DNA of 63,825 nt, filler included, from Choristocarpus tenellus KU-1152 (lineage: Eukaryota; Protista; Phaeophyceae), in assembly GCA_964200185.2 (NCBI GenBank). It is 10 parts of 10 records of this genome, joined end to end, with 100 filler letters (N's around TTAATTAATTAA, not from the genome) between each part and the next. Parts side by side here need not be neighbours in the genome. Positions count along the whole stretch, not along the records: positions 9,800 to 13,033 come from CAXNAD020021356.1; positions 13,134 to 19,571 come from CAXNAD020008143.1; positions 19,672 to 27,187 come from CAXNAD020006037.1; 7 more parts are not named here. One strand, 5' to 3'. Under the pieces are notes generated by a model that was given only the letters and a program-made list of their open reading frames with translations, was not told the origin of the DNA and ran no database searches. Positions 10,460 to 23,450 of the stretch are shown here, in pieces. A program made the position numbers and the translations under genes. Numbering within the stretch: the stretch's first letter is position 1; the number at the start of each line of letters is the position of its first letter.

Positions 10460-11610
10460 ACATATTAGGGCCAGTACCCCGTGGCCTCTGAACTGGACCT
10501 CCTCACCAACTCGGGCATCAACCTAGCTCCAGACTCAAATGGTTTTGTCACTCTTGGGGCCCCTTTGGGGACAAATAATTCCTCCAAGCCCATGTGGCAG
10601 GGGAAACCAAGACCTTAGGGTCAAGGCTGCTAGCTGCACACCTGAGCGAAATGGAGGACGAACAGGATGCCTGGCTCCTTGACTCCTTGTCCCTCTCTTC
10701 CCGTTTGGATTTCCTGGTGAGGTGATTCCCCCTCACCTGGCAGGTCCCACCATGGAGCAAGCAGGCAACACTTCCTCGTGGACCTCAGAGAAGATAAATA
10801 GAGGTGTCCGACTCTGCCGAAGCAACTGTTTTTTTGGGGAAGGTTGTGCCACCAAGTGTCTTTGTCTAGAAGTACACAAAAAATCAAGCCGCAGATGTCC
10901 ATATTTAGGGGGGCTAGACTTCTCCTACATGAGTTACCACCAATACACTGGTTCTGTGGGTTCATCGATGTCCACCCTCCCCGTCAATCTGGCCAGGCAA
11001 CAAGGACCTCACGAAGTGGCCTTTACAAAGGTCATATGCACGAGCTCCACAGCACAGACGATAGGATTATCCATTCACGTCATCATCTCTTATAGACCCT
11101 GCTCGGAGGACCTGGCAGGGATTATTGATAAGGGCTTGGTCAACTCAACTACACATACTTCAGTTCCAGATATTTGTACTTTGACAACTCAGGTTACCAG
11201 TATCACCAGGAAAACTGACCAACCTTCCCACAGCCTCAGAGGAAAAGGGGAGGGAAATTTGCTCATTGGCGCATACTCGCCACACAAGCCAATATGGGCA
11301 AGGGGCTAGTGCATGAGCCTCCACTCAGTCCCTCAAGCCAGCGCACTCGATACCTTCGGTAGAATTCAGAATCACCGCTCTCTAGGGAGAGAAGAGGTCT
11401 TCTACAAAAAGGTGACAGTGGCTGTGTAAGGAGATGGCATGTGGACATGAAACATACCCAAACCTGCCCTGGGGTAGGAGGACAGGTTCACCAACACACA
11501 CACTAGTGGTGCTGTGGTGATGGCAAATCTGCAAGGGAATGGGCATCCCTTGCAGGCTGGAGAATGGCAGCCCTTTCATCGTGGATGACATGTTCATCGC
11601 TGAGGAATCA
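10460..11610 (+). mobile_element. Degenerate non-LTR retrotransposon (CRE/RLE-type), RT C-terminal region
   Basis: GFVTLGAPLGT...LAAHLSEMEDEQDAWLL...SRLDFLVR and QMSIFR/GGLD resemble CRE-clade LGxPxG, DxQxAxLL and LPxRxGGLG motifs; frameshifted; homologous to 30000-30720. Confidence 0.65.
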
Positions 11611-11651
11611 TGGTCGGGCTACACTAGGCAAATTTAATGAGAGGTACCCAA

Positions 11652-11830
11652 GGCTCGTAGTATCTGGGGGGGGGGGTAGCGACTGTCCAATTGGGGTCAA
11701 TTTTTTATGTCGCGATTTTTGGGTGATTTGGTTTCATACATCGGATGGATGATGTAAATGCACTTTTCCTGATTTTGGTGTAAATGGACACCCTGGTGTA
11801 GCCACCCCCCCCCCACAGATACTTTGGGTC
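11652..11830 (-). mobile_element. MITE family B copy
   Basis: GGCTCGTAGTATCTGGGGG...CAGATACTTTGGGTC; TSD ambiguous (CAA possible). Confidence 0.88.
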
Positions 11831-12595
11831 AAATTTGACCGTTTTGCATTGTAAGACATTTTTTTTCAATCTCTTGCAGTTCACTCATATTTCTGTCGAT
11901 GATGTGCCAAGTTTAACTTGAGGGGGTTGAGTTCTCTATTAATTTGAATTTTTTCGACAGAATTGAGAAATTTTCCAATGTATGTAATTTTGTAAAAGCC
12001 AATATTTGCACATATTTTTTAGCACCCTGGAAATGCAACTCTGGTACCTCTCGTTTACTTTGGCTTGCTGTCGTTATCATTGAGGGACTGAACAAGAAGT
12101 GTGATGGTGAATTTGGGGGAGGCAACTATGTTCATGGGGGGTGCAGGACCACCGTGAGGAAGAAGAAGGCTGAGACACTTGCGGTGGAGCATATAGCTTG
12201 TACATAGGAGACCGGGCTGAGAGACCTGGGATTGGCACAACAAGTGAGGAGCAGGAGAGGCCTGATCTGGAAGGCTAAATATCCATGGTTGGCGGGATTA
12301 AGTGGGTGGCAAGAATGACTAGGTCTGATGTGTCATTTGAGTCCGAGAGTTAGAATGATGTCTGGAGAATCCGGGAAGGTCTGATTGGCTTGTTAGGTAC
12401 TAGAGAGAATGCCATTACCCTTAGAGACCTTGGCTTGAAGGGAATTGATTGATGGACCAGCTAATTGACTGTACAGAATGTGATTATGCTAACTGCAAGG
12501 AGAGTAGGCTGTCTTATTCTGGTGACGTAGTGATGTTTGGGAGATGATGCTTTAACTGGTGATCTCTATAAAAAGCAGAATACAACTATACTACT

Positions 12596-12884
12596 TGTTA
12601 CAGGCGATTTGCCTTGATGGTAGTTTCATAAAAAACGCCATTATGACCTTGAAGTCCTACATTTTATATATCTGTACTTCTTGACTTCATTTATTATTTG
12701 GTCGTTATTATGGTGCTCGATAGAGATAAGGCATCGTTGATCAGTTCCTTTTAATACAATGATAATTGATACTTATGAAGGGAATAATCGAAGCGAGAGA
12801 TAAAACATACTTGACGACTTCTGTATCAGGAGTCCTGTACGTGCATCAGTGCCATCTGTAGGCTTGTGGACTGGAGCTATACAT
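12596..12884 (+). mobile_element. LTR copy, 3'-truncated
   Basis: Starts TGTTACAGGCGAT; reverse-complement homology to ~6285-6556. Confidence 0.7.
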
Positions 12885-12946
12885 CTCCTCAAGAATAGGA
12901 GATGAGAAGTATTAGTTTATATAAACTAGATTGGTAAGATTTCAGA

Positions 12947-12981
12947 GGGTCAAAGTATCTGGGGGGGGGGGGGGGGGGGGG
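12947..12981. mobile_element. MITE family B terminus near contig end
   Basis: GGGTCAAAGTATCT followed by poly-G and low-complexity sequence. Confidence 0.7.
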
Positions 12982-13033
12982 TTTGGAGGGGGTTTTTTTT
13001 TATGTAAAAAAAATTTTTTTGTTTTTAAATTTT

Positions 13034-13133
13034 NNNNNNNNNNNNNNNNNNNNNNNNNNNNNNNNNNNNNNNNNNNNTTAATTAATTAANNNNNNNNNNN
13101 NNNNNNNNNNNNNNNNNNNNNNNNNNNNNNNNN
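13034..13133. other. Artificial contig linker
   Basis: N44-TTAATTAATTAA-N44. Confidence 0.97.
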
Positions 13134-13139
13134 AACCCC

Positions 13140-13510
13140 AAGACGAAGGTACATGCCAAGCACATCAAAAGAAATGACGAATGTCACTCTGGAACAGTTC
13201 CCCCCCAGCGCATCATCTTGATGCACTGTGGCTACTGGGTGATGGACCTTAACCTCCTCATTTTCGCCAGGCACAGACTACACAGCCCCCACCTGCTTTC
13301 CCTCCTCGTGTTGATCTAGCACTGTGGACGCTTAGTGGCGAATGGTCTCCCCCCTTTTCCCCAGCACAACCCTGGGCCAACCCAGGCAGACCCCCATCGC
13401 AAAGACAACAGACAGTTCCCCCCTGTGGATTTCCCCCTAGTCGTGCTACTCAAGTACTATGGCTGCATAGCGGCGAAAGAATTGATAGCCACGGCCTAGA
13501 GAAGAGTCCA
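13140..13510 (-). mobile_element. Possible degenerate LINE RT fragment
   Basis: VATVHQDDALGG resembles GVQQGDPLG; upstream AINSF resembles NAFNS. Weak. Confidence 0.35.
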
Positions 13511-14863
13511 GGGTCAAAATGAGATACTTCTTAAATATCTTCAGGTTATATTTGGTTTACCTCTTGTATTGATTATGAGGGTCGATCTTATGGGCCACAC
13601 ATTTGAGCTCGTATTTTTCGTAGTTGGTAGCAGAAGACACTTATCAACATAGAAACTGATATACTTGTAGGTCGAGCAAGTCAACCTATCATGTCTGTAA
13701 AACCTGCGCACCTGCCATGCATGACCAGAACAAAACACAGTATATAGAACAGAACTGGCATCAGCACTAACATTTGCAGTAGTTGGCGACCTTTTAAAAA
13801 CCTCCCTTTCCTACAGAGAAGATCAATCTTTAAAATGAAGTGTTCAGTGGATGGCTCTCCCTACTTGCCTGGAAAGTTAATGATTTTCCGCTCAGTAAGA
13901 ATTCTGAGGCAGGCGGACAAGGTATCTATATATATACATACCCAGAAAGGTACAGGAAATTCCAAATGCACTGTCACTATTAATATCATTAATACTGTGC
14001 CACAAACTAAACCAGAAACCTGTTTTACACACTGCGCAACATCATGAATGTTGTTCGTTGTTGGACGAACAGTAGTTGCATCCATCCACTCAATCAACAT
14101 TTTGATGATTTCCACTCAACGTTCAGCGCAATACTACCTATTTCCGCTACTGCTACTGCAAGGAATCAATAACATAAACCGTGGTAAGAGTATGGCATTG
14201 CATCACATCCACACAAATGCATCACAAGAACTACTCAAAAATGCAACACATGGGACAGCACACACACGCATGACACCATGCATCAGAGCAAGTGTTCAAA
14301 CACTATCATGACATTCAACATGACTTGGCTGGGTGCAACGGTAAAACTACCACAGTCCAACAAAAAATATTATTCTGCTCCAATTCACATCACAGGATAA
14401 GTTACCCTTCTCTAACCCACCACCTTCTAAACATCCTATTCGGTGTGCTGAACAGTTATCAGCTGTTCACGATCTGTTTCTTGTAATAGAACAATATAAA
14501 TATGTAACAAGATTCAAATGAAGGCATTTTTTGTCAAAAGCACTATAGACTGTTGTGTTCATTGACATTCACCGACTTCAAAATCTTTTTTCTCTCCCCT
14601 GGCAAAAATATGCAACACTACCGTTTGCATAAATACATACTTTCAAGTAGCAATAATTATCATCAGAAGATCAGATATGCCTCCCGGTGCATTCGAAAAA
14701 GAAGGTTTCTTCCTTCAGACTTGGTAAGACATATCGGGACTAATTTGCCAGGGGTTTGGTATGGCTATGCAAGAAGCTGCTTAAAGGTCTTCAGGCAGCA
14801 ATATACCCAAGGGTGGTCCTGCCAGCTTTGGTTATCAGGTGTAGGAACAAGAAAACGACAAAA

Positions 14864-17800
14864 TCACACCATATGCGAGCATGGTGGGTCCACTCCCTCG
14901 CACAGCATCTTCAATATCCCACCACTTTCCCCGGACCGCCATTCACTGTCTTGGGGCTGTTTCAAGGCATATTCGACCAGGTCATCAAAGTTCAGCACTG
15001 TATCTCGGGTGTTGGACTTGCTGCTTGCTGAAAACCTGTTAAGTGTGAGTCCTTGGGTTGTATCCTCCTCTCCTGATATTGGCATCCATGTCTCCTTCCC
15101 TGATAGAGCATGGGCTAAGATCGTTTCAACATTAGACTCTCTTGCCACAATGTACTCGTACGCGGTTTTTACAAAGGAGAATGTTGCCCCTGACCCTGGC
15201 ATAGCACTGTGAGATGATTCCTCCGCATCTACCTCAAAGTTGGTTGAAATGATAGACTTTTCCCCCCCAGTCTTGCTTTGTTGGACCTCATTTACACCAT
15301 GTATAATGCCTGCTAAATCCAACACTGGGTAGGACTTACAGAGCCCATCCATGGTTTGTGTACAGTCCAGCCACCCTCCCATAGTAACAACGTTGTCAAA
15401 CATGAGCAAGTCCAAGGCAATGCTGAGTGTCCTGCAGGATAATATTTGCGAGGCAGCAGTCAGAAAGCAGGGGTTAGGTTGGTTGTGAGTGTAATTCACA
15501 TATAATGGTGCGCTGGGAGGGTGGCAGTATATTTTTAATGAATTTGATCGAAGGAGCCCTAGCACTGTCACAGGATAGGAACTTTGTGTCATCAGTGAGA
15601 TCAAGGTGCAACTTTGACTCTACGGCAGTCACACCAAAACTATCCCGCCTCTTCTGTCACTCATTGTGACAAGAGGAAATTCTTCACGTGGGCATCATAT
15701 GTGGTGACCATGTTGAGTACAGTCAAGAAAGGAAGGTCTGTATGGGAGGTATTGTGGAATTGGGTCAAGGCAAATAAGCATCATGTTTTGGTCAACAGGC
15801 GTTCATCTCTGTTGCACAGTACAGAACAGCGTAAGAAAAACAAGACAATGCAGCTCAGGGGGTGAGTGGGGAGGGTATGCTCTGGCCAAGACGAGAGTAC
15901 TTCAAAGTAGTAAAATCATACTGGACAACATCGGCAAGTATGTAAGAACTGTGCATACTTCAGTACGAAATTACGTTCAAAGTATGTATCGAGTGTGCTA
16001 GTGATATGTGAACTGAGATCGAACCTTTTTGATCTCCAGGCCCTCATCTGCTCAAACTTGGCTAGGTCATCAGGGTTCACAAATATAGCGTCCTTCGCTC
16101 TTGGACAATGGTTGGGGTCGATGTGATACGGACTCTGCTCAGGGCATATCTGGAAACAGAAAAGATATCGTTGCATTGACCCATTGTCACAATGGGAGAC
16201 AGGTGGGTGTCTTGGGTCCTTGTCACTAAGCGGTATCACCATCCAGACGCACCCAATACCTTAGGTCCTTCGATGCAAAGTTCAAAAGAGAAGGTAAGGG
16301 GACCAAAAGATTCAACATGGCAGTATTGAAACACCAATAAGTTCATTGTAGGGCAGGCAGGGAAGTGCGATTTTGTGTAGCCATGCTTTGACTATAGTAG
16401 TGCTCGCTCTGGTTTCGACTTATCAATACTTGGCATGCATTCATTTTCTGACCATATCTTATTGCAGGGTAAGACCGTGTACACTCTGTTATACAACCCC
16501 CTCAAGGGTAAGATGGAATCAAATGAACCTTGAGACCGGCATATTTTATTGCACTCTACTTGTAATAATTAATGGTGCACAACACAGAGCAAACCTGAAA
16601 AATACTCCAAGAACTTTTTATTAGTATTCAATTCAGTTGTGTTTGCGCCACCCTGTAAACAACCTTTTTTGGACCCAAAGTATCTGGGGGGTTGGGGGTC
16701 TACACCAGAGTGTCCATTTGGACTAAAACCAGGAAAAGTGCACTTTCCTTATCCATCCAACGTAAGGAACCAAATTACCCAAAAATTGACCCCAAATGGA
16801 CAGCCGCCACCCCCTCCCAGATACTTTGAGCCTTTGACCGATTTCACCAACTTGGACAGACAGTCCATATTAATCAGTTTCAACCAATTCAGGCCACTCA
16901 CTACTCTGGTTATTTGTCCAGTGATTCAAAGCAGAACGCACAATTGAGTGTGACAAATCAGGCAGGGGAAGAGTAGAGATTTGATATCTACTTCTACAGT
17001 AGAATGCCAAAGACGCACTTGGTGATGCACTTACCGGACTAGTAGACAATATTCCCTCAAGGTCTCAAACTGGAATTTACACAATCTTGTCTGGTTGGGT
17101 TGAGAAATAATGAATACACAGCATCTTGATAGGTGGTCGCAGAAATAGTCTCAATTCCGGACCTTGAAACTCCAGAACTTATTTAGACCCTACATCTACG
17201 TTGATTCATTGATTTCTCACTAAGGTCAGGTAACCAACCTCTTTTGTATAGACTCTAGGCATGCCATTTGGAGAACTCACTAACTCACATTGTTTGCCTG
17301 GAAATACCGCACTTTGAGGGCCGAAATTGCTTGGCGAACCAAGTTGGTTCGTTGGTGAACCCATACCAGTGGCCGATTTGATGATGACACCCTTGCCAAA
17401 AATTCGTGCACAAGGTGGAGGAATGAAAACCTCCGATCCTTTTTCTTGTCCTTGGTGGGACTGAGAGTACCACCGTAGAATGTTGTCCCCCCACGACACC
17501 TCACAGCAGGCCAGCTGCATTTCTCAAACCCATCTTGTTTGAGCCCTAACATGTTTAGAGGTCAACGCAACAAAAATGTGAAATGACATATGGTCGAAGG
17601 AGATTCCAGGCCAGGGGAAGATTTTAAAGTGATGCCCCATCCTACTGCTCAGACAGAAAGCATAATGCTGAAAAAGACATCCTACATGATTCTGTACTAG
17701 GCTCAAGTCACCGTTCCTGGCAGGCATCTTTTGGGCACGGCATGTTGGTGGACTATGCCATCCTACCTTACTCTCGCCCCCCAATGCTAAAAACGATATT

Positions 17801-18884
17801 ACATATTAAGCATATCCACCATGTTACCCACACCCAACAATACTGACGTCTGCTGCAGTTCTGTTAAATGTTTCGTACGTTTGGTTGCAATCACAGGGGA
17901 CTCAACAAACACTAGATGTCGATACAAAGAAGGTTGACACTTGCACTTCCCGCTTGATGATCAAATAGGCGAGCCCGTGTGTTTAGCTTCGTGACGAAGT
18001 TTGTGCTGTTGATTACATGCTCGGTATTTGCCTATGGTGTGACTGGCATGACCAAAACTTCTTGGTCCAACCTTCAAGTTTTATCTGTGGTGCATGGAAC
18101 CGTCGATATCGAGTCTTGAGTCAACATTACATCCTGGTGTTGACTGGAAATGGAGCGAATTCGATATACTATCCTGTCGATTTAACAACCTCCCTTAGCT
18201 TACCTCCTCCTGTTCTTCATCGCTTTCTTTTTCATCCTCCTCATTCTCTACCACTCAAAAATGTTGTCCTCTGTCCGNNNNNNNNNNGAAATGGAGCGAA
18301 TTCGATATACTATCCTGTCGATTTAACAACCTCCCTTAGCTTACCCGCGATAGTCTTGGTACATTCAGGAAAAAAACCCATGGACCTCTTGAAATGATCG
18401 ACCTGCATTGCGGCGGTTACCTTACACGGAATGGAACATTGCACAAGATGGTTAGTACAACGGTAGTTGGGAGTGTAAGCTCAGTACAAGTCCATCCAAC
18501 CATGACCCTGCCGTTTTCTAACACCAGTCGCCCCGCTTCTATGAGTAAAGCTACATAGGGGAAGCTTGGAGTAAGCAAACGTACCTCATCGTCGTAATGG
18601 TGACCCAAAATCTCTGGTGTTATCCACTTTGAAGGAGCTGTTGCATTTCTATTAATGGGAGCATGTTCTATGAGTGGCAAGTCACCCACCATAGGACATA
18701 AGACATCTCCCCGAAGCTGATTGAGCCTATGGGCCAACAGTGAGGACCCCGACCTATCAGTCTTTAGAATGAAGACCCTAAAAATCCTAGTCTCATTTTG
18801 CACCTCTTCTCCTTTTGAGGCCCACAACCTTGACGTTAGCAGCGGACACAAGACCAACGCCCATCTATAACGAGGCCACATCAT
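14864..18884 (-). CDS. Sulfotransferase, Stf0/NodH-like, with N-terminal signal/anchor; 5 exons
   Basis: Exons 18884-18585, 18084-~18032, 17514-17289, 16149-16025 and 15431-14864 splice in phase (the exon 2 donor is uncertain). Motifs: VFILKTDRSGSSLLAHRLNQ (5'-PAPS loop) and VWVHQRTNLVRQAISAL (3'-PAPS, RxNxVRQAxS). N-terminus RYRWALVLCPLL is hydrophobic. Confidence 0.78.
16671..16832 (+). mobile_element. MITE family B copy, TSD TTT, intronic
   Basis: GGACCCAAAGTATCTGGGGG...CCCAGATACTTTGAGCC flanked by TTT. Confidence 0.92.
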
Positions 18885-19350
18885 CTTGCACACCTCTACG
18901 ACATCTACAACATGCAGGCGTAATTGCTAGTCTTGTGATTTCAAATTGTGTACTTATTAAGGTGTGCAAGTCCTCCCTCGTTTTGTGTGTGTCTTTGTAT
19001 CAGTGTAAGACGATTGAGAATGAATTATGGAATGGAATCACTAAACGAAATATGGAAGCATTCTTTCCAGGTCTGTATATATCTTATGAGGATCTAGATT
19101 AATTCTAAATAGAATTTTGAGCACTCATACAATCTTTTCACCCATCAGATACAGGACTGTAGAGGAAAATAAATAGTCTCCTCTTTTCTCAACAACATAT
19201 CCCTCACTACCATTCCATCTATTGGACGGATTATACCATAGGAACAGTTTGTATGGACTCTTATACAATCCTTGGACCAATGCCACACAAATGTGTAGAG
19301 GAAAACAAAATCAAAGTTTTGGGGTATTTTCAACAGAGGAACGAATCCCC

Positions 19351-19426
19351 CTGTCTTCGGGAACCACCACTGTCTTCGGGAACCACTACTTTCTTCAGGA
19401 ACCACAACTGTCTCGAGAACCACCAC
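19351..19426. repeat. 19-20 bp tandem repeat (CTGTCTTCGGGAACCACCA) x4
   Basis: Directly visible degenerate tandem array. Confidence 0.8.
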
Positions 19427-19507
19427 AAAAATATACTAATCCAATATTTTCGAGAGCCTAATCCTATCCCCTGCCCTAATCCTAAACTAAACTTGTGTTT
19501 TGATATA

Positions 19508-19571
19508 GTGAGAGTTTATGAAGTAAACTGAGTTTTGTGGGCGGGAGAATTCTGGTTGGCTAGGGGCACAG
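19508..19571 (-). mobile_element. 3' terminus of minisatellite-bearing element at contig end
   Basis: Reverse complement reads CCAGAATTCTCCCGCCCACAAAACTCAGTTTACTTCATAAACT. Confidence 0.7.
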
Positions 19572-19671
19572 NNNNNNNNNNNNNNNNNNNNNNNNNNNNN
19601 NNNNNNNNNNNNNNNTTAATTAATTAANNNNNNNNNNNNNNNNNNNNNNNNNNNNNNNNNNNNNNNNNNNN
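19572..19671. other. Artificial contig linker
   Basis: N44-TTAATTAATTAA-N44. Confidence 0.97.
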
Positions 19672-19844
19672 TATTTGTAAGGAAGTGTCAATATCCTTGT
19701 TCCGGACCCACCTTTTCATAACGTACACATTTTACCTACTCCGAAATATTGTGGAGTAGGTCAAAGTTGTATAAACCCCAAGGGAAGTCAAGCCCCAAAT
19801 GGACAAACAAGGCAAAACTCGTACCCTCTAAGATACTTTCACTC
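19672..19844 (+). mobile_element. MITE family A, 5'-truncated by contig start
   Basis: Internal sequence plus right TIR TACCCTCTAAGATACTTTCACTC. Confidence 0.9.
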
Positions 19845-20639
19845 TCTCACATCTGCACCTTCTAACCTTGCACAATTTAAGTGCTGTTGGAGAGTATTCT
19901 GGTGGTGTAACTCTAGAGGTTGAGGCAATGATGTATTGGAACTAGCTTCCTCCTGTCACTTGGAGGCGTCAACGTATGGCTTCCACTCTCTGGCCCAGGG
20001 TATCTCCAGAAGGGCCGTGCCATTGGGCTCATTCCAGAGAGTATCCTTGCTTGGGCGACGGAAGCTGCTGTTTCTATTCCCTCCTCAATGGTACAGCCCC
20101 ACCCAGGCGCTGTCTACTTCCACACATTCTGCGTCTTCGGCCTGAACATGCATGCTTCTCATATGTAGCACTACGTCCCTTTTGTGTGTAACCCCTCACA
20201 CCCATCATGTTGCTTCCTCACACACAACCTTCTTAATGTTCATGGATTTCACCATTTCAACCATTCGACAACAATACAGCCAAGCAAACGGCTAGGTCAT
20301 GCATGGTATGCCGTGGATGTATCATTGATGCTGCCCTATCGCATATTATTAGAGGAGTAAGCCAACTCTCCTCAAAATATGTACATCTCTGACACTAAGC
20401 ATTTCAGGGCTAGGATGCTAGGTCTCGATTTGTGTCTTTTGACACATCATTGGTGTTGACCAGACGCTTTGACTTGATCCCACTCATTTGACAGAACGTA
20501 CTCTCTTTTGTGGAAAAACTCAAGTACATCGATACGGGTGTAGCTGCTGACGTGTTGAGAGCAATAATTGTGTGGGTCGCACACTTCAACACTTCAAAAT
20601 TGTGAGTGCTGGTCAACAACTGGTATGATCACGGTCTGG

Positions 20640-20830
20640 TTGTGCATGGATCCTTTGGGGTAGACCCTGGTTGGATAGGTTGTCCACCTGTGCGGCCACT
20701 CTCATGGAGTGCACTTCTATCTTCTCCTTCCCTGCGACCATTCTCTTGCCATGTACATCCCCTGACATGCTGCAAATAAACCAATCTGTGGCAAGAGATG
20801 TGTCAGATTGATGGTATCCAAACCCCCTGT
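20640..20830 (-). mobile_element. Possible copia RNase H C-terminal remnant
   Basis: VAGKEKIEVHSMRVAAQVDNLSNQGLP resembles copia G.I.V..I.T..Q.AD.LTKGL. Confidence 0.4.
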
Positions 20831-21103
20831 TATGCTGCACAAGATATCTATGGCAAGCAACATGCCAAACAGATGCCCCGCCCCCTATTACCCCACGAAA
20901 CTTGCAATAAGAAAGTACGTGGGTGGGAAAAGGAAAATAACATCAATAACTCAGTTTCAGCAAATGAAGGAGGCAAATATATGTATGCGGGTCAAGTTGC
21001 TTAGAGAGGAACAAGAGTTGGGAAGGAGCCTTTACTGAAAGCTAAGCTCTAGGTTAAATATAGGGGCCATCTTCCTGGTTTGGCACCATGTGCACACAGG
21101 GAT

Positions 21104-21978
21104 AGTTTTTTGCATAAATCGATAGCCCAGATCAAGAGCTTTCATTTGATATGCTGATCGTCGATTAACTCGTTGGGCAACCTTTTAAAAAATATCAAGA
21201 TTGGTAACTGCCAAAATGGTATGTGGGCGGGCCTCGTCTTAGTACTGTTTAAGCCACTCACAGGACACTGTGACGCACAATGAGCTCCGAGTTGTCACCT
21301 TCCTCTCACAGGACGCTGTGAATTGAACCTGATAGAGATGGTCTGGGGGCGGGCTAAGCACTATGTATGAGGCCACTGTGACTACACCTTGCGTGGAATG
21401 AGAGCCAACATTCCTGTCAGTCTTAAGGAGGAAGGGGAGCTGTCCAGAGTAATTGTGGAGAGGTTATTCAGGATGAGTATTGCTTACCACCTCATATATT
21501 CCAACGAGAAAGGCATGGAGTGCACCAAATTGGACAGGGTATACAAGACATTTAAGTCTCACAGAAGGCCTGCACCTTCAGAATACNNNNNNNNNNCCTC
21601 ATTTGACTTGGCATGGATTGTCTGGTTCAGAGGCCTGGGCCCCCATGAATGAGCCTTAGTCAGCAGGTGACAACATCACATAAACGGGAAATAATGGAAA
21701 GAGAATGGAGAGACAACAACGCCCATGTTCTCCAGGTGAAGATGACCTCATTCTGGCGTCAAAATCATCCTTAAATGCGTGGTTCGCGTGCACGGACTAC
21801 TTGATTTAAGTATGGTCCTGTATTTCTCACAATTACTGCAAGTTGACCAATCAAGACCCATCAGATAAGGATAACCATACTGATGTGATTACAGCAAATG
21901 AATTTTAATGGAAAAAATTGTTGTTGATCAAAAGTTATGGCACAACAAAGTTGATGCAGGAGGCGACTGCCAACACTG
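21104..21978 (+). mobile_element. Second copy of Tc1/IS630-like element with transposase 3' fragment
   Basis: Inverted homolog of 7220-8090; RCELNLIEMVWGRAKHYV*GHCDYT...YKTFKSHRRP at ~21314-21575; ends CCAACACTG|TA. Confidence 0.8.
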
Positions 21979-23190
21979 TAGTTGTTCAGTGCTTGCAATG
22001 TTTAAGTATGTTCTGGTCATGCAAAAAAAAATGTTAGTAACACTGGTCAATAACTGTGCTAGAGTTTGAATTTGAGAGGAATTAAAAATGTTCGAACTGT
22101 GACAATAATAACAATGTTGAAGCAATATGTTCAGGTCATGCAAAAATGAAGAAACATGTTCATTCACACGTTGAACAAATTAAATCCAATATAGAGTGTT
22201 TGCGCAAAATGGAATTCACTATCGGAAAGTCTTATCTATCACCCTGTGTTCTGGTGGTAGTGTTTTCGTTACCAAATGTTATGAAATTTCCCATTTCAAG
22301 TTCTAAACAATAGTGAAAAGCATTATGGACTCGATAATACCCTTGGGGCAACACTCAAAGGTTTGATGATCTCATAGAGGAATTATCCAATCGAGGCGAC
22401 CAATACGCATTTGTCCTAGCCAACCAAAATGCCAAAAAAAAGCTACATTGTATGAAGACAAGACTCACAATGGTTTGGGTACCATAGAAGATGCGGGGGC
22501 CATGTTTGCTAGCATGTCACACCCTTTTGCTGCCTCAGCCTACACCCCGATCTTTGGGCGGGAACTAGGACTACCTTGCTAGAACAGTACGTCCATGCAC
22601 GATGAGGGTTGCCAAACTTCACAACAATGTAGGATAGGGACAAGTTATTTATACATGTTAAAAAAATGGTGAGAGATATCTACAAATCGTATGTACATAG
22701 TAATCAAGAATGCTATATCGACAGGTTGGGATTTTACATCATTCCTCAACATTGAGAGTACATGATTTGTGGTACAAGATTCTTGGGTAGAAATGATCTG
22801 TAAATCTTCATCACTCCTTCAACCTTCACATACAAATATTCTTACATTTCTTCTACTGATCTGTTAAGCGCAAATGAGTTAATAATGAGTTGTCCTTCAT
22901 GTGAGGTTGTTGAACAAGGAGTAAACATGATAGTGTTTTCAATATGGGGCAGCGACAGTGTTCGGTGTTTGTATAAGAGGATTAAAAACAATCTGTACCA
23001 TAACAGCAATTACACTGTCAAAGGTAGTATGCTGAAAGAAGAAGCAATCATATTCATATTAAGGCAGTAACATTGTTCATGTTTTCTGTTGTATGTACTC
23101 ATGTTAATGAGTTAGATACTGATAATTTTGAAATGTTATGAATTAAGAACATCAACAATCATATTCCATTGGTATAATAATGTAAATTTA

Positions 23191-23450
23191 GAGTCAAAGT
23201 ATCTGAGAGGGTAGAGGCACATCCTATTGGGGGGCAAAATCCAATGTTGCAATTTTGACGTAATTTTGGCTATCATGTTTGTTAGGAGATGTCCATATGA
23301 CTGTTCCGGATACGCCTTTTCATAACATACACATTTTAATTACTCCGAAACATTTCAGAGTAGTTAAAATGTCATAAAAAAACTCGTGGGAAGCCAAGCC
23401 CCAAATGGACAAACAGGGAAAAACTCGTACCCTGTAAGATACTTTCACTC
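23191..23450 (+). mobile_element. MITE family A copy; flanks read TTTA/TTTA
   Basis: GAGTCAAAGTATCTGAGAGGGTA...TACCCTGTAAGATACTTTCACTC. Confidence 0.92.

Noticed and set aside
12981-13033. Poly-G/T/A low-complexity tract
   Set aside because: Likely sequencing noise after a poly-G run at a contig end.
14553-15212. 219-aa plus-strand ORF
   Set aside because: Antisense shadow of the last sulfotransferase exon.
18147-18345. ~58-bp direct duplication
   Set aside because: It flanks a 10-N gap, typical of an unmerged scaffold overlap.
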